64,000 nucleotides of DNA. Origin: Candidatus Omnitrophota bacterium. Lineage in GTDB: Bacteria > Omnitrophota > Gorgyraeia > Zapsychrales > Fredricksoniimonadaceae. The notes under the pieces are model-generated. The model was not told where the DNA came from and did no database searches. It worked only from the letters and a program-made list of their open reading frames with translations. The position numbers and the translations under genes are program-made. The stretch spans positions 15,369 through 79,368 of the forward strand of contig CAIUQE010000006.1 of NCBI GenBank assembly GCA_903901225.1, in the 5' to 3' direction. Positions 29,164 to 39,596 of the stretch are shown in pieces (the stretch's first letter is position 1; every line of letters starts with the position of its first letter).

Positions 29164-30420
29164 TTAAAACAATTTCGGGATCAAATGAGCAAAATAATGC
29201 GGCGCGAACAATACCTTACGGCCATCAAACTGAACCGTTTGAAAAATGTCATTATTCAACACAACAGCCTTGCGAGAATCCGGATACTGCTGCAAGAAAA
29301 CCCGTATGCCTTGTGGAACAACAGCCTCTGTCAATTTCGACTTGACCTCAACGGCTATCGGCGTCCTGTCCTGAACAAGGATAAAATCAACCTCTTCCTT
29401 GCGCCGCGTCCGCCAGTAATAAATATCCTGTCCAACTCCCAAATTCTTCTGCATCTCAGCCAAAACAAACGATTCCCACAACTCTCCCTTGTCACCCCGA
29501 TCCTGCATTGGCCTGAAATCCCTCAAAACGGCGTTGCGAACACCCGTATCGAAATAATACGTCTTGTTCATCTGCTTCAACTCACGCCCGCGATTATTAA
29601 AAAATGGCTTAAGCACACTCAAAAAAAACATTTGCTGAAGGATCGCAAGATCGTTACGGACCTGTCTGAGAGAATAATTTAAATCCTGCGACAACCCGAT
29701 CTCGCTCAATATTCCGCCCTCCTGCGCTGCCAAAAGAGATAACAAACGGTTAAACGACAAAATGTCCTCTTCTCTGAGGAGTGCCTTTATATCTTTCTGA
29801 ATATAAGTTTCAACCAGATCCAGTAAAAGACGCTTCTTGTCGTCTGCCGTCTTCTCATGAACCAGTCCGGGCATGCCGCCAAAGACCACGAACTCGTTCA
29901 AAAGGCCCCGAAGGATCCCATGTGCCCGCCGGGACACAACCGGGCCCCACGCGTCCGGCAGTGCGGCTTTAGACCGGCTTGGCAACCACTCTTTAAAAGA
30001 CAAAGGGAATACCCTGTATAAAAGCCGCCTTCCAGCCATGCTCTCTTTCAGGTGCTTATGCCTCTCGATCGCTGAAGAACCGGATGCGTAAACACGAACC
30101 GCGGGATACTCATCAAAAATGACCTTGAAGAGTTTGGTCGCATTGGGCAGATAATGGAACTCATCGATAAAAACAACCTGTGCTCTGGACGTCAACTCCT
30201 CAAGAACAACCTTCATCGGCCTGGCAAAATATTCCGCGTGCGCCGGGACTTCAAGATTGTAATAAACGTACGGGATATTCCTGTCAACGCAGAGCTTGGC
30301 GATCGTCTTAAGAATGGTGGTCTTGCCGACCTGGCGGGGACCGATAACAACACGCGTCTCGTTACGGTCAAAGTCCTTTGCAAGCCGATCCAGGATATTT
30401 CTTTTAAGTTTCATGCTCAT
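29164..30420 (-). CDS. AAA_14 ATPase with DUF4143 and C-terminal PD-(D/E)xK-like motif
   Basis: GPRQVGKT, FIDEFH, SGSS, FGGMPG, YYFDTG, GELWES, EVDF...AVEVK. Confidence 0.9.
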   Translation of the reverse strand: MSMKLKRNILDRLAKDFDRNETRVVIGPRQVGKTTILKTIAKLCVDRNIPYVYYNLEVPAHAEYFARPMKVVLEELTSRAQVVFIDEFHYLPNATKLFKVIFDEYPAVRVYASGSSAIERHKHLKESMAGRRLLYRVFPLSFKEWLPSRSKAALPDAWGPVVSRRAHGILRGLLNEFVVFGGMPGLVHEKTADDKKRLLLDLVETYIQKDIKALLREEDILSFNRLLSLLAAQEGGILSEIGLSQDLNYSLRQVRNDLAILQQMFFLSVLKPFFNNRGRELKQMNKTYYFDTGVRNAVLRDFRPMQDRGDKGELWESFVLAEMQKNLGVGQDIYYWRTRRKEEVDFILVQDRTPIAVEVKSKLTEAVVPQGIRVFLQQYPDSRKAVVLNNDIFQTVQFDGRKVLFAPHYFAHLIPKLF

Positions 30421-30556
30421 ACTTTAGGCTACATCGACGAAGATGTCAATGGAATCATGGACAATCTATACACTACTGAATAGATTGTCCACAACACGCC
30501 TGCCATCCGAACCAGGCATTGCGCTTTCAAATCCGCCAACAACGAAGGCTGTTAAT

Positions 30557-30650
30557 CCCGGATTTTTGCCACGCGACCTGAATTCACCTTCTCAAAACGA
30601 TTTAGAGCAGGTGAATTCACGGGGCGGATTTTTCTAATGAAAAATCAGGG
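30557..30650. mobile_element. 94-bp MITE-like element, inverted copy of the left part of the 28939 element
   Basis: Ends CCCGGATTTTT...AAAAATCAGGG; flanks TTAAT/TCAAT; reverse complement matches 28939-29024 with 2 mismatches. Confidence 0.8.
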
Positions 30651-30663
30651 TCAATATCTTTTC

Positions 30664-33600
30664 CTATAAAACCACCCGGAACCCGTTCTCGCCGACCACG
30701 GACTTGATCTCATCCATCAAAACCTCGCTCGGGGTCACGTAAAGCTCACGCCCGACCTTGATCTCGACGCTTTTGTGGTTGCGGGTATCGATCTGCAGGT
30801 GGACCGGGACATTGCCGGGGAACCGTTCGAACTTTTTCTTGATCAGAGGCAGTTTGTCAGGGCCGATCTTGGTCATGTCGACACGGATCAGCTTGACCAG
30901 CTGGTAGATCTCGTTGATGTCCCGCAGTTCATCCACCGCGATATTCCGGGGGCCCGAGGGCTTGCCGTCCTTGCCCTTGCGCGAAAGAACCTTGCCCTTC
31001 ACGACAACGACAGCCCCTTCCTTGATATGGGTGCCGACCACCTTGAAGACCTCGGGGAACGCCACGGCTTCCGTCGTCCCTTCAAGGTCTTCGAGGGTCA
31101 ATATGGCCATGCGCTCCCCGCGGCTCTTGGTGACCGTGTATTTGACCTGGATGATCATCGCAATGAGGCTCACCGACTGGTTTTCCATCACGCCGGGAAT
31201 TTTGGATGTTGTGGCATTGGTGAACGTCTGAATCTCGACCGTATACATGTCCAAAGGATGCCCGCTCAAATAAAAACCGAGAAGTTCCTTCTCGAAGGAC
31301 AAAAGCTGCTGTTGGGGCCATTCTTTCATATCCGGGAATACGTCCGGCTTGGCCACAAATCCTCCTGAATCCTCACCCATCGAGAAGAATGACAACTGCC
31401 CGGCCTGCGCGTCCTTCTGCCGACTGGTCCCGCCATTGAGCGCCTGGTCAAGCACAGCGGCCATTTGAGACCGCTTCGCGCCAAAACTGTCGAACGCGCC
31501 GCACCTGATGAGCGACTCCATCACCTTGCGGTTGCAGGCCCGCAGGTCAACGCGCTGGCACACATCAAAGATAGATTTGAATTTCCCGCCTCTCTCGCGT
31601 TCTTTGACCAAAGACTCGATCGCGCCCGCCCCCACGTTCTTCACGCTCAACAGGCCATAACGGATAGTATCCTTGCTCACAACGGAAAAAACAGCGCGGC
31701 TTTCATTCACATCGGGTGGCAGGACTTTCAGGCACATGGCCTCGGCAGCCTTGACATAATCCACGATTTTGTCGAGGTTGTCTTTTTCATTGGTCAGCAA
31801 AGCGCACATAAACTCCACGGGATAATTCGCCTTCAAATAAGCGGTCCGGTACGTGATAACGGCATATGCCGCGGAATGCGAACGGTTGAACCCGTAACCC
31901 GCGAACTTGTCGATAAGGTCAAAGAGCCGGTTCGCCTCGTCCTCAGGGATAGCGTTCACGCGGGCGCAGCCTGTGACGAAAGACGCGCGCGCCTTGGCCA
32001 TAACATCCGCCTTCTTCTTGGACATCGCGCGCCGCAGATTATCCGCCTCGGCCATCGAGAATCCCGCCAGTTCGCACGCCATCTGCATGACCTGTTCCTG
32101 GTAGATAGCGACGCCATAACTGTTCTTGAGGACCTTTTCCAGCTTGGGATGAAGGTACTGGACCGGCGCCTCACCGCGTTTGCGCTTCACAAAATCGTCG
32201 GCCATGCCGCTGCCCAAAGGGCCCGGCCGGAAAAGCGCGAGCAAGGCAATAATGTCCTCGAATTCCGTCGGCTTGCTCCTGGTAAGGAGGTTCTTCATCC
32301 CGTCGCTTTCCACCTGAAAAACCCCGGCGCTGTCACCCCGGCTCAACAGCTCGTAGGTCTTCGTGTCGTCCAGGGGGATCTTGCGGATATCCAGGTCGAT
32401 CCCGCGGGTCCGTTTGATAATGTGCAAGGCATCCTCAATGAGCGTGAGCGTCTTAAGTCCCAAGAAATCCATTTTCAAAAGGCCGATCTTCTCGACACCC
32501 TTCATGGTATAGGCGGTCGTGATCTGCTCCTCGACCTTGTACAGCGGCACATATTCCTGCAGGGGCTTGTCGGAAATGACAACCCCCGCGGCGTGAACGG
32601 AGGCGTGGCGCGTGAGGCCTTCAAGGACTTTGGCGATATCCATCAGCCGCCGCGCGGTATCATCCATCGCGATGATCTCTTTGAGCTGCGGCTCCGCGTC
32701 AATGGCCAGGTCAATGGCCACATGCATCGCCTCACCGTTATCGTCAAGGATACGGTCGGGGATAAGCTTCGCGATACGGTCAACATCCGGGTATGGAAGG
32801 CCAAGCGCCCGGCCGACATCGCGCACAACGGCCTTGGCCTGCAATGTTCCGAAGGTGATGATCTGGGCCACATTCGCGCGGCCGTATTTCTTGGTCACAT
32901 AATCAACGACTTCTCCCCGGCGTTCGAAACAAAAATCAATATCGATATCCGGCATGCTCACACGCTCGGGATTGAGGAAACGTTCGAAAAAGAGGGAGTA
33001 CTTGATCGGATCAAGGTCCGTGATCCCCAGAAGATAGCTCACCAGGCTCCCGGCGGCCGACCCGCGGCCCGGCCCGACGGGAATATTGCAGCTCTGGGCA
33101 TAATGCACAAAATCCCAGACGATCAGGAAATAGCCCAGGAACCCCATTTTCGCGATCTCCTGGAGCTCGAACTCCAGCTGTTTAAGGACATTCTCGGGTA
33201 TATCTTTGCCATAACGCTCAACGGCACCCTCGAGGCACAGGCGCTTCAAATACCCTTCTTTTGTGTCTCCCGACGGGACGGCGTATTCGGGGACATGATA
33301 CGCCCCGAATTGAAGTTTCACGTTACACTTTTCAGCGATCTCGAGCGTATTGGCCACGGCCTGGGGCGCCCAGCTGAACAAGGACGCCATTTCCTCCCCG
33401 CTCTTGAAATAGAACTGGTCGGAATTCATCCGCATGCGCTTGGGGTCGGAAAGGGCTGTCTGCGTCTGGATGCACAACAACGCCTCATGCGCCTCATAAT
33501 GGGCGTACTCAAGATAATGGACATCATTGGTGGCAACCAAAGGAATATTCATCTCGCGGGAAAGTTTCAGGAGGCCTTCATTGACCACGCGCTGTTCCGG

Positions 33601-34140
33601 CAGGCCGTGTTCCATGACTTCCAGGTAATAATCGCCGGGCGCGAAGATCTGCCGGTATTCATCGGCGACGCGGCACGCGTCCTCATACTTCCCGGCGGAT
33701 AAACGCGCCGGGACTTCCCCTTTCAGGCAGGCCGAAAGGCCGATGAGACCCCTGGCATGCCGTGCCAGAAGTTCCTTGTCGATGCGCGGCTTGTAATAAA
33801 ACCCCTCAAGATACCCCGCGGAAACAAGTTTCATCAGATTGGCATAGCCATCAAGGTCTTTGGCAAGAAGGATGAGATGCGCTGTACTGCGCTGATCGCC
33901 GGAGCGTCCCTGCCGCGCGCCCGGCGCAACATAAACTTCGCACCCGATGATGGGCTTAACGCCGGCATTATGGGCGTCCTCGTAAAACTCCAGGGCGCCG
34001 AACATGTTGCCATGGTCCGTCATCGCGACCGCGGGCATGCCATAGGCTTTGGCTTTTTTGACAAGTTCCTTGAGGCGGCAAGCGCCGTCAAGAAGGCTGT
34101 ACTGGGTATGGACGTGAAGATGGGCGAAAGGTGTGGACAT
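30664..34140 (-). CDS. dnaE: DNA polymerase III alpha subunit
   Basis: PHP HLHVHTQYSLLDG, GRGSAAGSLV, MPDIDIDF, GYGFNRSH; 1158 aa. Confidence 0.97.
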   Translation of the reverse strand: MSTPFAHLHVHTQYSLLDGACRLKELVKKAKAYGMPAVAMTDHGNMFGALEFYEDAHNAGVKPIIGCEVYVAPGARQGRSGDQRSTAHLILLAKDLDGYANLMKLVSAGYLEGFYYKPRIDKELLARHARGLIGLSACLKGEVPARLSAGKYEDACRVADEYRQIFAPGDYYLEVMEHGLPEQRVVNEGLLKLSREMNIPLVATNDVHYLEYAHYEAHEALLCIQTQTALSDPKRMRMNSDQFYFKSGEEMASLFSWAPQAVANTLEIAEKCNVKLQFGAYHVPEYAVPSGDTKEGYLKRLCLEGAVERYGKDIPENVLKQLEFELQEIAKMGFLGYFLIVWDFVHYAQSCNIPVGPGRGSAAGSLVSYLLGITDLDPIKYSLFFERFLNPERVSMPDIDIDFCFERRGEVVDYVTKKYGRANVAQIITFGTLQAKAVVRDVGRALGLPYPDVDRIAKLIPDRILDDNGEAMHVAIDLAIDAEPQLKEIIAMDDTARRLMDIAKVLEGLTRHASVHAAGVVISDKPLQEYVPLYKVEEQITTAYTMKGVEKIGLLKMDFLGLKTLTLIEDALHIIKRTRGIDLDIRKIPLDDTKTYELLSRGDSAGVFQVESDGMKNLLTRSKPTEFEDIIALLALFRPGPLGSGMADDFVKRKRGEAPVQYLHPKLEKVLKNSYGVAIYQEQVMQMACELAGFSMAEADNLRRAMSKKKADVMAKARASFVTGCARVNAIPEDEANRLFDLIDKFAGYGFNRSHSAAYAVITYRTAYLKANYPVEFMCALLTNEKDNLDKIVDYVKAAEAMCLKVLPPDVNESRAVFSVVSKDTIRYGLLSVKNVGAGAIESLVKERERGGKFKSIFDVCQRVDLRACNRKVMESLIRCGAFDSFGAKRSQMAAVLDQALNGGTSRQKDAQAGQLSFFSMGEDSGGFVAKPDVFPDMKEWPQQQLLSFEKELLGFYLSGHPLDMYTVEIQTFTNATTSKIPGVMENQSVSLIAMIIQVKYTVTKSRGERMAILTLEDLEGTTEAVAFPEVFKVVGTHIKEGAVVVVKGKVLSRKGKDGKPSGPRNIAVDELRDINEIYQLVKLIRVDMTKIGPDKLPLIKKKFERFPGNVPVHLQIDTRNHKSVEIKVGRELYVTPSEVLMDEIKSVVGENGFRVVL

Positions 34141-34153
34141 CGACTACCCGGAT

Positions 34154-34188
34154 AAAAACACGAAGGCTGGTTTCAGCCAGCCTTCGTG
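34154..34188 (-). terminator. Hairpin plus U tract after guaA
   Basis: CACGAAGGCTGG-N6-CCAGCCTTCGTG followed by TTTTT on the minus strand. Confidence 0.7.
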
Positions 34189-34198
34189 CTTGAAAAGA

Positions 34199-35974
34199 TC
34201 ATTCCCATTCGATCGTGGCCGGCGGCTTTGAACTGATGTCATAAACCACACGATTGACGCCGCGAACCTCATTGATGATACGGTTGGATATCTTGCCCAT
34301 CAGGTCATACGGCAAATGCACCCAGTCCGCGGTCATCCCGTCGAGGCTGTTGACGCAGCGCAGGGCGATAACATTCTCGTACGTGCGCTGGTCCCCCATC
34401 ACGCCAACGGTCTTGATGGGCAAAAGCACCGCGAACGACTGCCATACTTCACTGTAAAGCCCGGCGCGTTTCATTTCCTCGAGCACCCGTTCATCCGCTT
34501 CACGGAGGATGGTGAGCCGCTCTTCGGTCACATCGCCGAGAATACGGATGGCCAAGCCCGGGCCCGGGAACGGCTGGCGCTTGAGGATAGATTCCGGCAC
34601 CGCCAGGTGCTTGCCGATAACACGCACCTCATCCTTGAACAGCTCGCGGAAAGGCTCCAGCAATTTCAAATGAAGTTCCTTGGGAAGCCCGCCGACATTG
34701 TGGTGGCTCTTGATCACCGCGGAAGGCCCACCCGTCGGAGAAATAGATTCAATGACATCAGGATACAGCGTGCCCTGGCCGAGGAATTCAGCCCCCTTGA
34801 TCTTCTTGGCCGCTTCCTGGAACACTTCAACGAAGACACGTCCGATGATCTTGCGCTTCTGTTCGGGATCCGTGATGCCTTTCAATTCATCCAGAAAACG
34901 CTTCTGGGCGTCGATGACATTGAGGTTGATCTTGTAATATCCCTTGAACGTCTTCTGGACTGACGCCACCTCGTTCTTGCGCAGGAGGCCGTTGTCGACA
35001 AAAATGCACTGCAGGTTATTGCCGATAGCCTTGTGGATGAGGACCGCCGCGACCGACGAATCCACACCGCCCGAAAGCCCCAGGATAACTTTTTTCTTGC
35101 CAACCTCTTCCTGCAACTTGCGGATCGACGCGTCAATGAAACGGTCCATGGTCCAGCGCGGCAGGCAGCCGCAGATCTGGATCACGAAATTCTGGAGGAC
35201 CTGGGTACCCCGCTGCGTGTGCACCACTTCCGGATGGAACTGGACACCGAACACCTTCTTCGAACGGTTCCCCATGGCCGCGCAATTATTGTTCAGCGTG
35301 TGCGCGAACCTGTCGAATCCTGGAGGAAGCTTGATGATCTCGTCGCCGTGGCTCATCCACGATGTCAGGTTGGTCGGCAGGTTCAGGAAAAGGTCGCGGT
35401 TCGAGTCAATGAAGAGCTCGGCCCGGCCGTATTCCCTGTCCTTGCACTTGTTGACCTTGCCGCCCAGCATCTGGGTAATGACCTGCATGCCGTAACAGAC
35501 GCCGAGGATCGGAATGCCCAACGTAAAGATACCCTTGTCAGGATGCGGCGCCCCCGGGTCATAAACGCTCATGGGCCCGCCGGAAAGGATGATCCCCTTA
35601 GGCGCGATCTCCTTGATCTCCTGCGCGCTGATATTGAACGGGACGATACGGCTGTAAACCTTGCTTTCGCGGATACGCCGCGCGATGAGCTGGGTGTACT
35701 GGGAACCAAAATCCAATACCAGAATGACATCCTTGGTCTTGAGCTGTTTGACCTTGATGTGCACTGTCTTGGAGGAACCTGCCAGCAAAGTGACCTGTTT
35801 GCGCTCCATGAAATGCCCGTGCCTGAACCCGTTCTTTTGGAACGCGGGTTTCCCGAAATTCCGGACGATCTTCTTCAGAGGCTTCGGCGCTTCGACCTTG
35901 GCCGGGGCATTGACGGGTTGCTTCACCACTGCCTTGACCGGTTTCTTGACGGAGATTACAGAAGATTTTGGCAT
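34199..35974 (-). CDS. guaA: GMP synthase (glutamine-hydrolysing) with ~80-aa basic N-terminal extension
   Basis: [54 protein letters not shown]. Confidence 0.96.
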   Translation of the reverse strand: MPKSSVISVKKPVKAVVKQPVNAPAKVEAPKPLKKIVRNFGKPAFQKNGFRHGHFMERKQVTLLAGSSKTVHIKVKQLKTKDVILVLDFGSQYTQLIARRIRESKVYSRIVPFNISAQEIKEIAPKGIILSGGPMSVYDPGAPHPDKGIFTLGIPILGVCYGMQVITQMLGGKVNKCKDREYGRAELFIDSNRDLFLNLPTNLTSWMSHGDEIIKLPPGFDRFAHTLNNNCAAMGNRSKKVFGVQFHPEVVHTQRGTQVLQNFVIQICGCLPRWTMDRFIDASIRKLQEEVGKKKVILGLSGGVDSSVAAVLIHKAIGNNLQCIFVDNGLLRKNEVASVQKTFKGYYKINLNVIDAQKRFLDELKGITDPEQKRKIIGRVFVEVFQEAAKKIKGAEFLGQGTLYPDVIESISPTGGPSAVIKSHHNVGGLPKELHLKLLEPFRELFKDEVRVIGKHLAVPESILKRQPFPGPGLAIRILGDVTEERLTILREADERVLEEMKRAGLYSEVWQSFAVLLPIKTVGVMGDQRTYENVIALRCVNSLDGMTADWVHLPYDLMGKISNRIINEVRGVNRVVYDISSKPPATIEWE

Positions 35975-36001
35975 TTAGATTCCACTTTCCACCATTAAAG
36001 G

Positions 36002-37162
36002 TTACTTACCCATCCCGATTTTCTGGCTCATCTGGAAAACCTTGCCTTCGCTCTGGAACGAATGCGCGATGATGATCTCGACATCATGCATTTCCTTGAT
36101 ATTGGAAGCGCCCAAAGACCCCATGGACGTCTTGAGAGCGCCGACAAGATTCTGTGAACCGTCATCCACCTTCGCCGGGCCCAGGAGGATCTCCTTGAGC
36201 GTGCCGGCCTGCCCCACCTTGACGCGTGTGCCGCGCGGAAGGTTGGCGTTAGACGTGGCCATGCCCCAGTGATACCCGCGGCCGGGCGCTTCAAACGCTT
36301 TCGCGAACGCGGAACCGACCATGCACGCGTCACCACCCGCGGCGATCGCCTTGCAAATCTCGCCGCCGATGCGCATGCCGCCGTCAGTGATGATCGGGAC
36401 ATATTTGCCCTTGCGCTTGAAATGATAATCACGTGCCGCCGCGCAATCAACGGTCGCCGTGATCTGCGGCACGCCGATGCCCAGGACACCTCGGCTGGTG
36501 CACGCGGCACCCGGCCCGATGCCGACCAGGATCGCGGCCACGCCGGCTTCCATCAATTCCAGCGACACATCGTAACTGACGGTGTTGCCGAGGATCACGG
36601 GGATCTTGGCCTCACGGCAGAATTTCTCAATGTCAAAAGCTTTATACTCGGTAGCCACATGGCGGACCGTCGCGACTGTTGACTGGATAACAAACATGTC
36701 ACAGCCGGCATCAATGGCAATATCTCCGAACTTCTTGGCATTCAGAGGGATACAACTCACGATGGCAGGAACTTTATGCTTCTTGATCTCTTCGACACGT
36801 TTGGCTATAAGCGCTTCTTTGACAGGCTTGGTATACAAGCTCTGGATGAGTTTAGTAGCTTCGTCGGGCGTGGCTGAAGCGATCTGATCAAGGATCTCAT
36901 CGGGATTCTCATAACGGGTCTGGATCCCGTCAAGATTAAGGACCGCGATGCCGCCCAACTTCCCCATCTCGACGGCAAACTTGACATTGACCACACCGTC
37001 CATGGACGCGGCCAGGATCGGTATATCAAACTTCATTTTCCCGATGGACCAGCTGGTATCCACTTCATTAGGATTTACGGTTTTATCTCCGGGAACAAGG
37101 GCAACTTCATCAAAACCATAGCAACGGCGGGCTCTACGATTGATACCTATCCAGTCAGCCAT
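36002..37162 (-). CDS. guaB: IMP dehydrogenase-related protein, GuaB3 family (no CBS domains)
   Basis: YGFDEVALVP, SMDGV, GIGPGAACTSR, DGG, YHWGMA. Confidence 0.88.
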   Translation of the reverse strand: MADWIGINRRARRCYGFDEVALVPGDKTVNPNEVDTSWSIGKMKFDIPILAASMDGVVNVKFAVEMGKLGGIAVLNLDGIQTRYENPDEILDQIASATPDEATKLIQSLYTKPVKEALIAKRVEEIKKHKVPAIVSCIPLNAKKFGDIAIDAGCDMFVIQSTVATVRHVATEYKAFDIEKFCREAKIPVILGNTVSYDVSLELMEAGVAAILVGIGPGAACTSRGVLGIGVPQITATVDCAAARDYHFKRKGKYVPIITDGGMRIGGEICKAIAAGGDACMVGSAFAKAFEAPGRGYHWGMATSNANLPRGTRVKVGQAGTLKEILLGPAKVDDGSQNLVGALKTSMGSLGASNIKEMHDVEIIIAHSFQSEGKVFQMSQKIGMGK

Positions 37163-37272
37163 GAAACCTAACCTCCGTAATTTGAATTACTTATGAATAA
37201 AATGACAAAATTTACAGTTTTCTACCGAGTTTGACCATATATTTTATAATAATATACCAAAAAGTCAAATAG

Positions 37273-37304
37273 AAAAAAGCCCCGGGGGTTACCCGGGGCT
37301 TTTT
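37273..37304. terminator. Bidirectional intrinsic terminator downstream of groEL
   Basis: AAAAAAGCCCCGGG-ggtta-CCCGGGGCTTTTT. Confidence 0.85.
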
Positions 37305-37408
37305 GTATTCAGAACAGCAACGATCTGAACTTGACTTCGGACATCCCGGCCTCGTTAACGAGGCCAGGTGATGTTCGAAGTAAAAGTTTTTGCCGGTGGC
37401 AAAAACTT

Positions 37409-39058
37409 TTACATCATCCCGCCCATGCCACCGCCCATGCCGCCACCCATCGGAGGCATTGCCGGACCCTTGTCCTTTTCAGGAGCGTCCGTAACAAGGC
37501 ATTCCGTGGTCAGCAACAGGCCCGCGATGGATGCCGCGTTCTGCAGGGCCATGCGCGTGACTTTGGCAGGGTCAATAACACCGGATTCGAGCATATCAAC
37601 GTACTCATCCTTGTTGATGTCATACCCGATGTTCTTCTTTTCCTTCTTCAGGCGATCAACAATGACCGAACCTTCCAGCCCGGCATTGAAACACAGCTGC
37701 CTGACAGGCGCTTCGAGCGAACGCAGGATGATCTCCGCGCCCGTTTTCTCGTCGTCCTTCAGGTTGAGGGCCAACACATCCTCCAGGCAACGGAGCAACG
37801 CCACACCACCACCAGGGACAATGCCCTCTTCAATGGCCGCGCGGGTCGCGTGGAGCGCGTCCTCGACACGGGCCTTCTTTTCTTTCATTTCCGTTTCCGT
37901 CGCGGCGCCGACATTGATGATCGCAACGCCACCGGAAAGCTTCGCCAGACGCTCCTGGAGCTTTTCCTTGTCATAGGAAGAGTCCGTCTTGTCGATCTGG
38001 TTCTTGATCTGGGCGATACGGCCCTTGATGTCAACCGTCTTGCCCGCACCCTCAACGATCGTGGTGTTGTCTTTATCGATCTTGACCTTCTTGGCACGGC
38101 CAAGGTCGGACAGCTGGATATTCTCCAGTTTAAGACCAAGGTCCTCGGAGATCGCGCGGCCACCGGTGAGGACCGCGATATCCTCGAGCATGGCCTTGCG
38201 GCGATCACCATACCCAGGCGCCTTGACAGCCGCGCAGGACAATGTTTTGCGCAAGTTATTCACAACGAGCGTCGCAAGTGCTTCGCCCTCAACATCTTCC
38301 GCAATGATCAGAAGGGGTGCGCCTGACTTGGCGACTTTCTCCAGGACCGGGAGGACTTCCTTGATATTGCCGACCTTCTTCTCATAAATGAGGATGAACG
38401 GATTATCAAGTTCGCATTCCATCTTCTCCATATCTGTCGAGAAATACGGTGACAGATAGCCCTGGTCGAACTGCATGCCCTCAACGAGCTTGAGCTCGGT
38501 GTTGATGGTCTTGGACTCTTCAACCGTGATAACGCCGTCCTTGCCGACCTTCTCGAACGCTTCGGCGATCTTCTTGCCGATAACAATGTCCGAGTTGGCC
38601 GCAATGGTCGCGACCTGCTCAACTTCGATCAGGTTCTTCATGTCGACCTTCTTCGAGAGCTTCGAGACTTTTTCAATGACCGCGACAACAGCCTTGTCGA
38701 TCCCGCGCTTGAGGGCCATCGGGTTCGCGCCGGCGGTCACGTTCTTCAAACCTTCACGATAAATGGCTTCCGCGAGAACGGTCGCCGTGGTCGTGCCGTC
38801 ACCGGCATTGTCGGAGGTCTTTTCAGCGACTTCCTTGACCATCGCGGCACCCATGTTCTCGAAAGGATCTTCGAGCTCGATCTCCTTGGCCACGGAAACG
38901 CCGTCCTTGGTGACCGTCGGTGAACCGAACTTCTTGTCCAGAATGACATTGCGGCCCTTGGGACCCAATGTGATCTTCACGGCCCTGGAGATCTGCTCAA
39001 CGCCGCGCAGGATAGAACGACGCCCTTCGTCGTCAAACTGTAATATCTTCGCACCCAT
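37409..39058 (-). CDS. groL: Chaperonin GroEL
   Basis: [20 protein letters not shown] tail. Confidence 0.98.
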   Translation of the reverse strand: MGAKILQFDDEGRRSILRGVEQISRAVKITLGPKGRNVILDKKFGSPTVTKDGVSVAKEIELEDPFENMGAAMVKEVAEKTSDNAGDGTTTATVLAEAIYREGLKNVTAGANPMALKRGIDKAVVAVIEKVSKLSKKVDMKNLIEVEQVATIAANSDIVIGKKIAEAFEKVGKDGVITVEESKTINTELKLVEGMQFDQGYLSPYFSTDMEKMECELDNPFILIYEKKVGNIKEVLPVLEKVAKSGAPLLIIAEDVEGEALATLVVNNLRKTLSCAAVKAPGYGDRRKAMLEDIAVLTGGRAISEDLGLKLENIQLSDLGRAKKVKIDKDNTTIVEGAGKTVDIKGRIAQIKNQIDKTDSSYDKEKLQERLAKLSGGVAIINVGAATETEMKEKKARVEDALHATRAAIEEGIVPGGGVALLRCLEDVLALNLKDDEKTGAEIILRSLEAPVRQLCFNAGLEGSVIVDRLKKEKKNIGYDINKDEYVDMLESGVIDPAKVTRMALQNAASIAGLLLTTECLVTDAPEKDKGPAMPPMGGGMGGGMGGMM

Positions 39059-39097
39059 GTTCCTACCTCCTGATTTTATTTATGTAGTAACCTGAAA

Positions 39098-39388
39098 TTA
39101 CTTTACGATCGCGAGGATCTCGTCTTCACGGACGATGAAAACCGAATTGCCTTCCTTGGTCTTGTACTCGGTGCCGCTGTACTTCCCATAAAGGACAGTA
39201 TCGCCCACCTTGACCTCAAGAGCCTGAACCTGCCCGTTATCCAGGGCCTTGCCCTTACCTACCGCCAGCACCTTGCCCTCCTGGGGCTTTTCCTTGGCCG
39301 TCTCCGGGATATAGATCCCGCCAGCCGACTTTTCGAGAGCCTCCAAAGGCTCAATAATGACGCGGTCCGCTAATGGTTGCAACTTCAT
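39098..39388 (-). CDS. groS: Co-chaperonin GroES
   Basis: [31 protein letters not shown]. Confidence 0.97.
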   Translation of the reverse strand: MKLQPLADRVIIEPLEALEKSAGGIYIPETAKEKPQEGKVLAVGKGKALDNGQVQALEVKVGDTVLYGKYSGTEYKTKEGNSVFIVREDEILAIVK

Positions 39389-39439
39389 CTTTACTCCTCC
39401 TTTTTGATTTTTACGACACGTGTTATTTCATTGTTGCGG

Positions 39440-39466
39440 TTAGCAACTAATTTTCGTGAGTGCCAA
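39440..39466 (-). promoter_or_regulatory. CIRCE (HrcA operator), proximal
   Basis: TTAGCAACT-N9-GAGTGCCAA vs consensus TTAGCACTC-N9-GAGTGCTAA; TTGACA at 39489-39494. Confidence 0.8.
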
Positions 39467-39518
39467 TTTAATCAAATACAGCATGTTTTGTCAAGAAAAA
39501 TTTTTATTACAGCCGTAT

Positions 39519-39552
39519 TTGGCACTATAGCCATATGAGTGCTACATGTCAA
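39519..39552 (-). promoter_or_regulatory. CIRCE, distal, overlapping a TTGACA-N17-TATAGT promoter
   Basis: TTGGCACTA-N9-GAGTGCTAC at 39519-39545; -35 at 39547-39552, -10 at 39524-39529. Confidence 0.8.
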
Positions 39553-39596
39553 CAACAAAAAAACAGCAAAAATGCTGTTTTTAGAAACTGATCGTT

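Noticed and set aside
28934-29170. Integron attC interpretation (ATPase stop falls in TAAC followed by an imperfect palindrome)
   Set aside because: No proper RYYYAAC/GTTRRRY pair, the second copy is inverted rather than direct, and there is no integrase; TIR plus target duplication fits a MITE better.
28969-29682. 237-aa + strand ORF as a possible transposase
   Set aside because: Mostly antisense to the ATPase, starts inside the repeat, and has no DDE or HUH motifs.
28939-30650. CRISPR array
   Set aside because: Only two inverted long repeats, no repeat-spacer periodicity, and no cas genes in the window.
31465-33702. 745-aa + strand ORF, and similar ones at 16166-17785, 19158-20639 and 60937-62469
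   Set aside because: They lie opposite dnaE, the HD gene, aspS and accC; shadow ORFs.
30664-34140. Intein or split in dnaE
   Set aside because: Length and motif spacing are normal.
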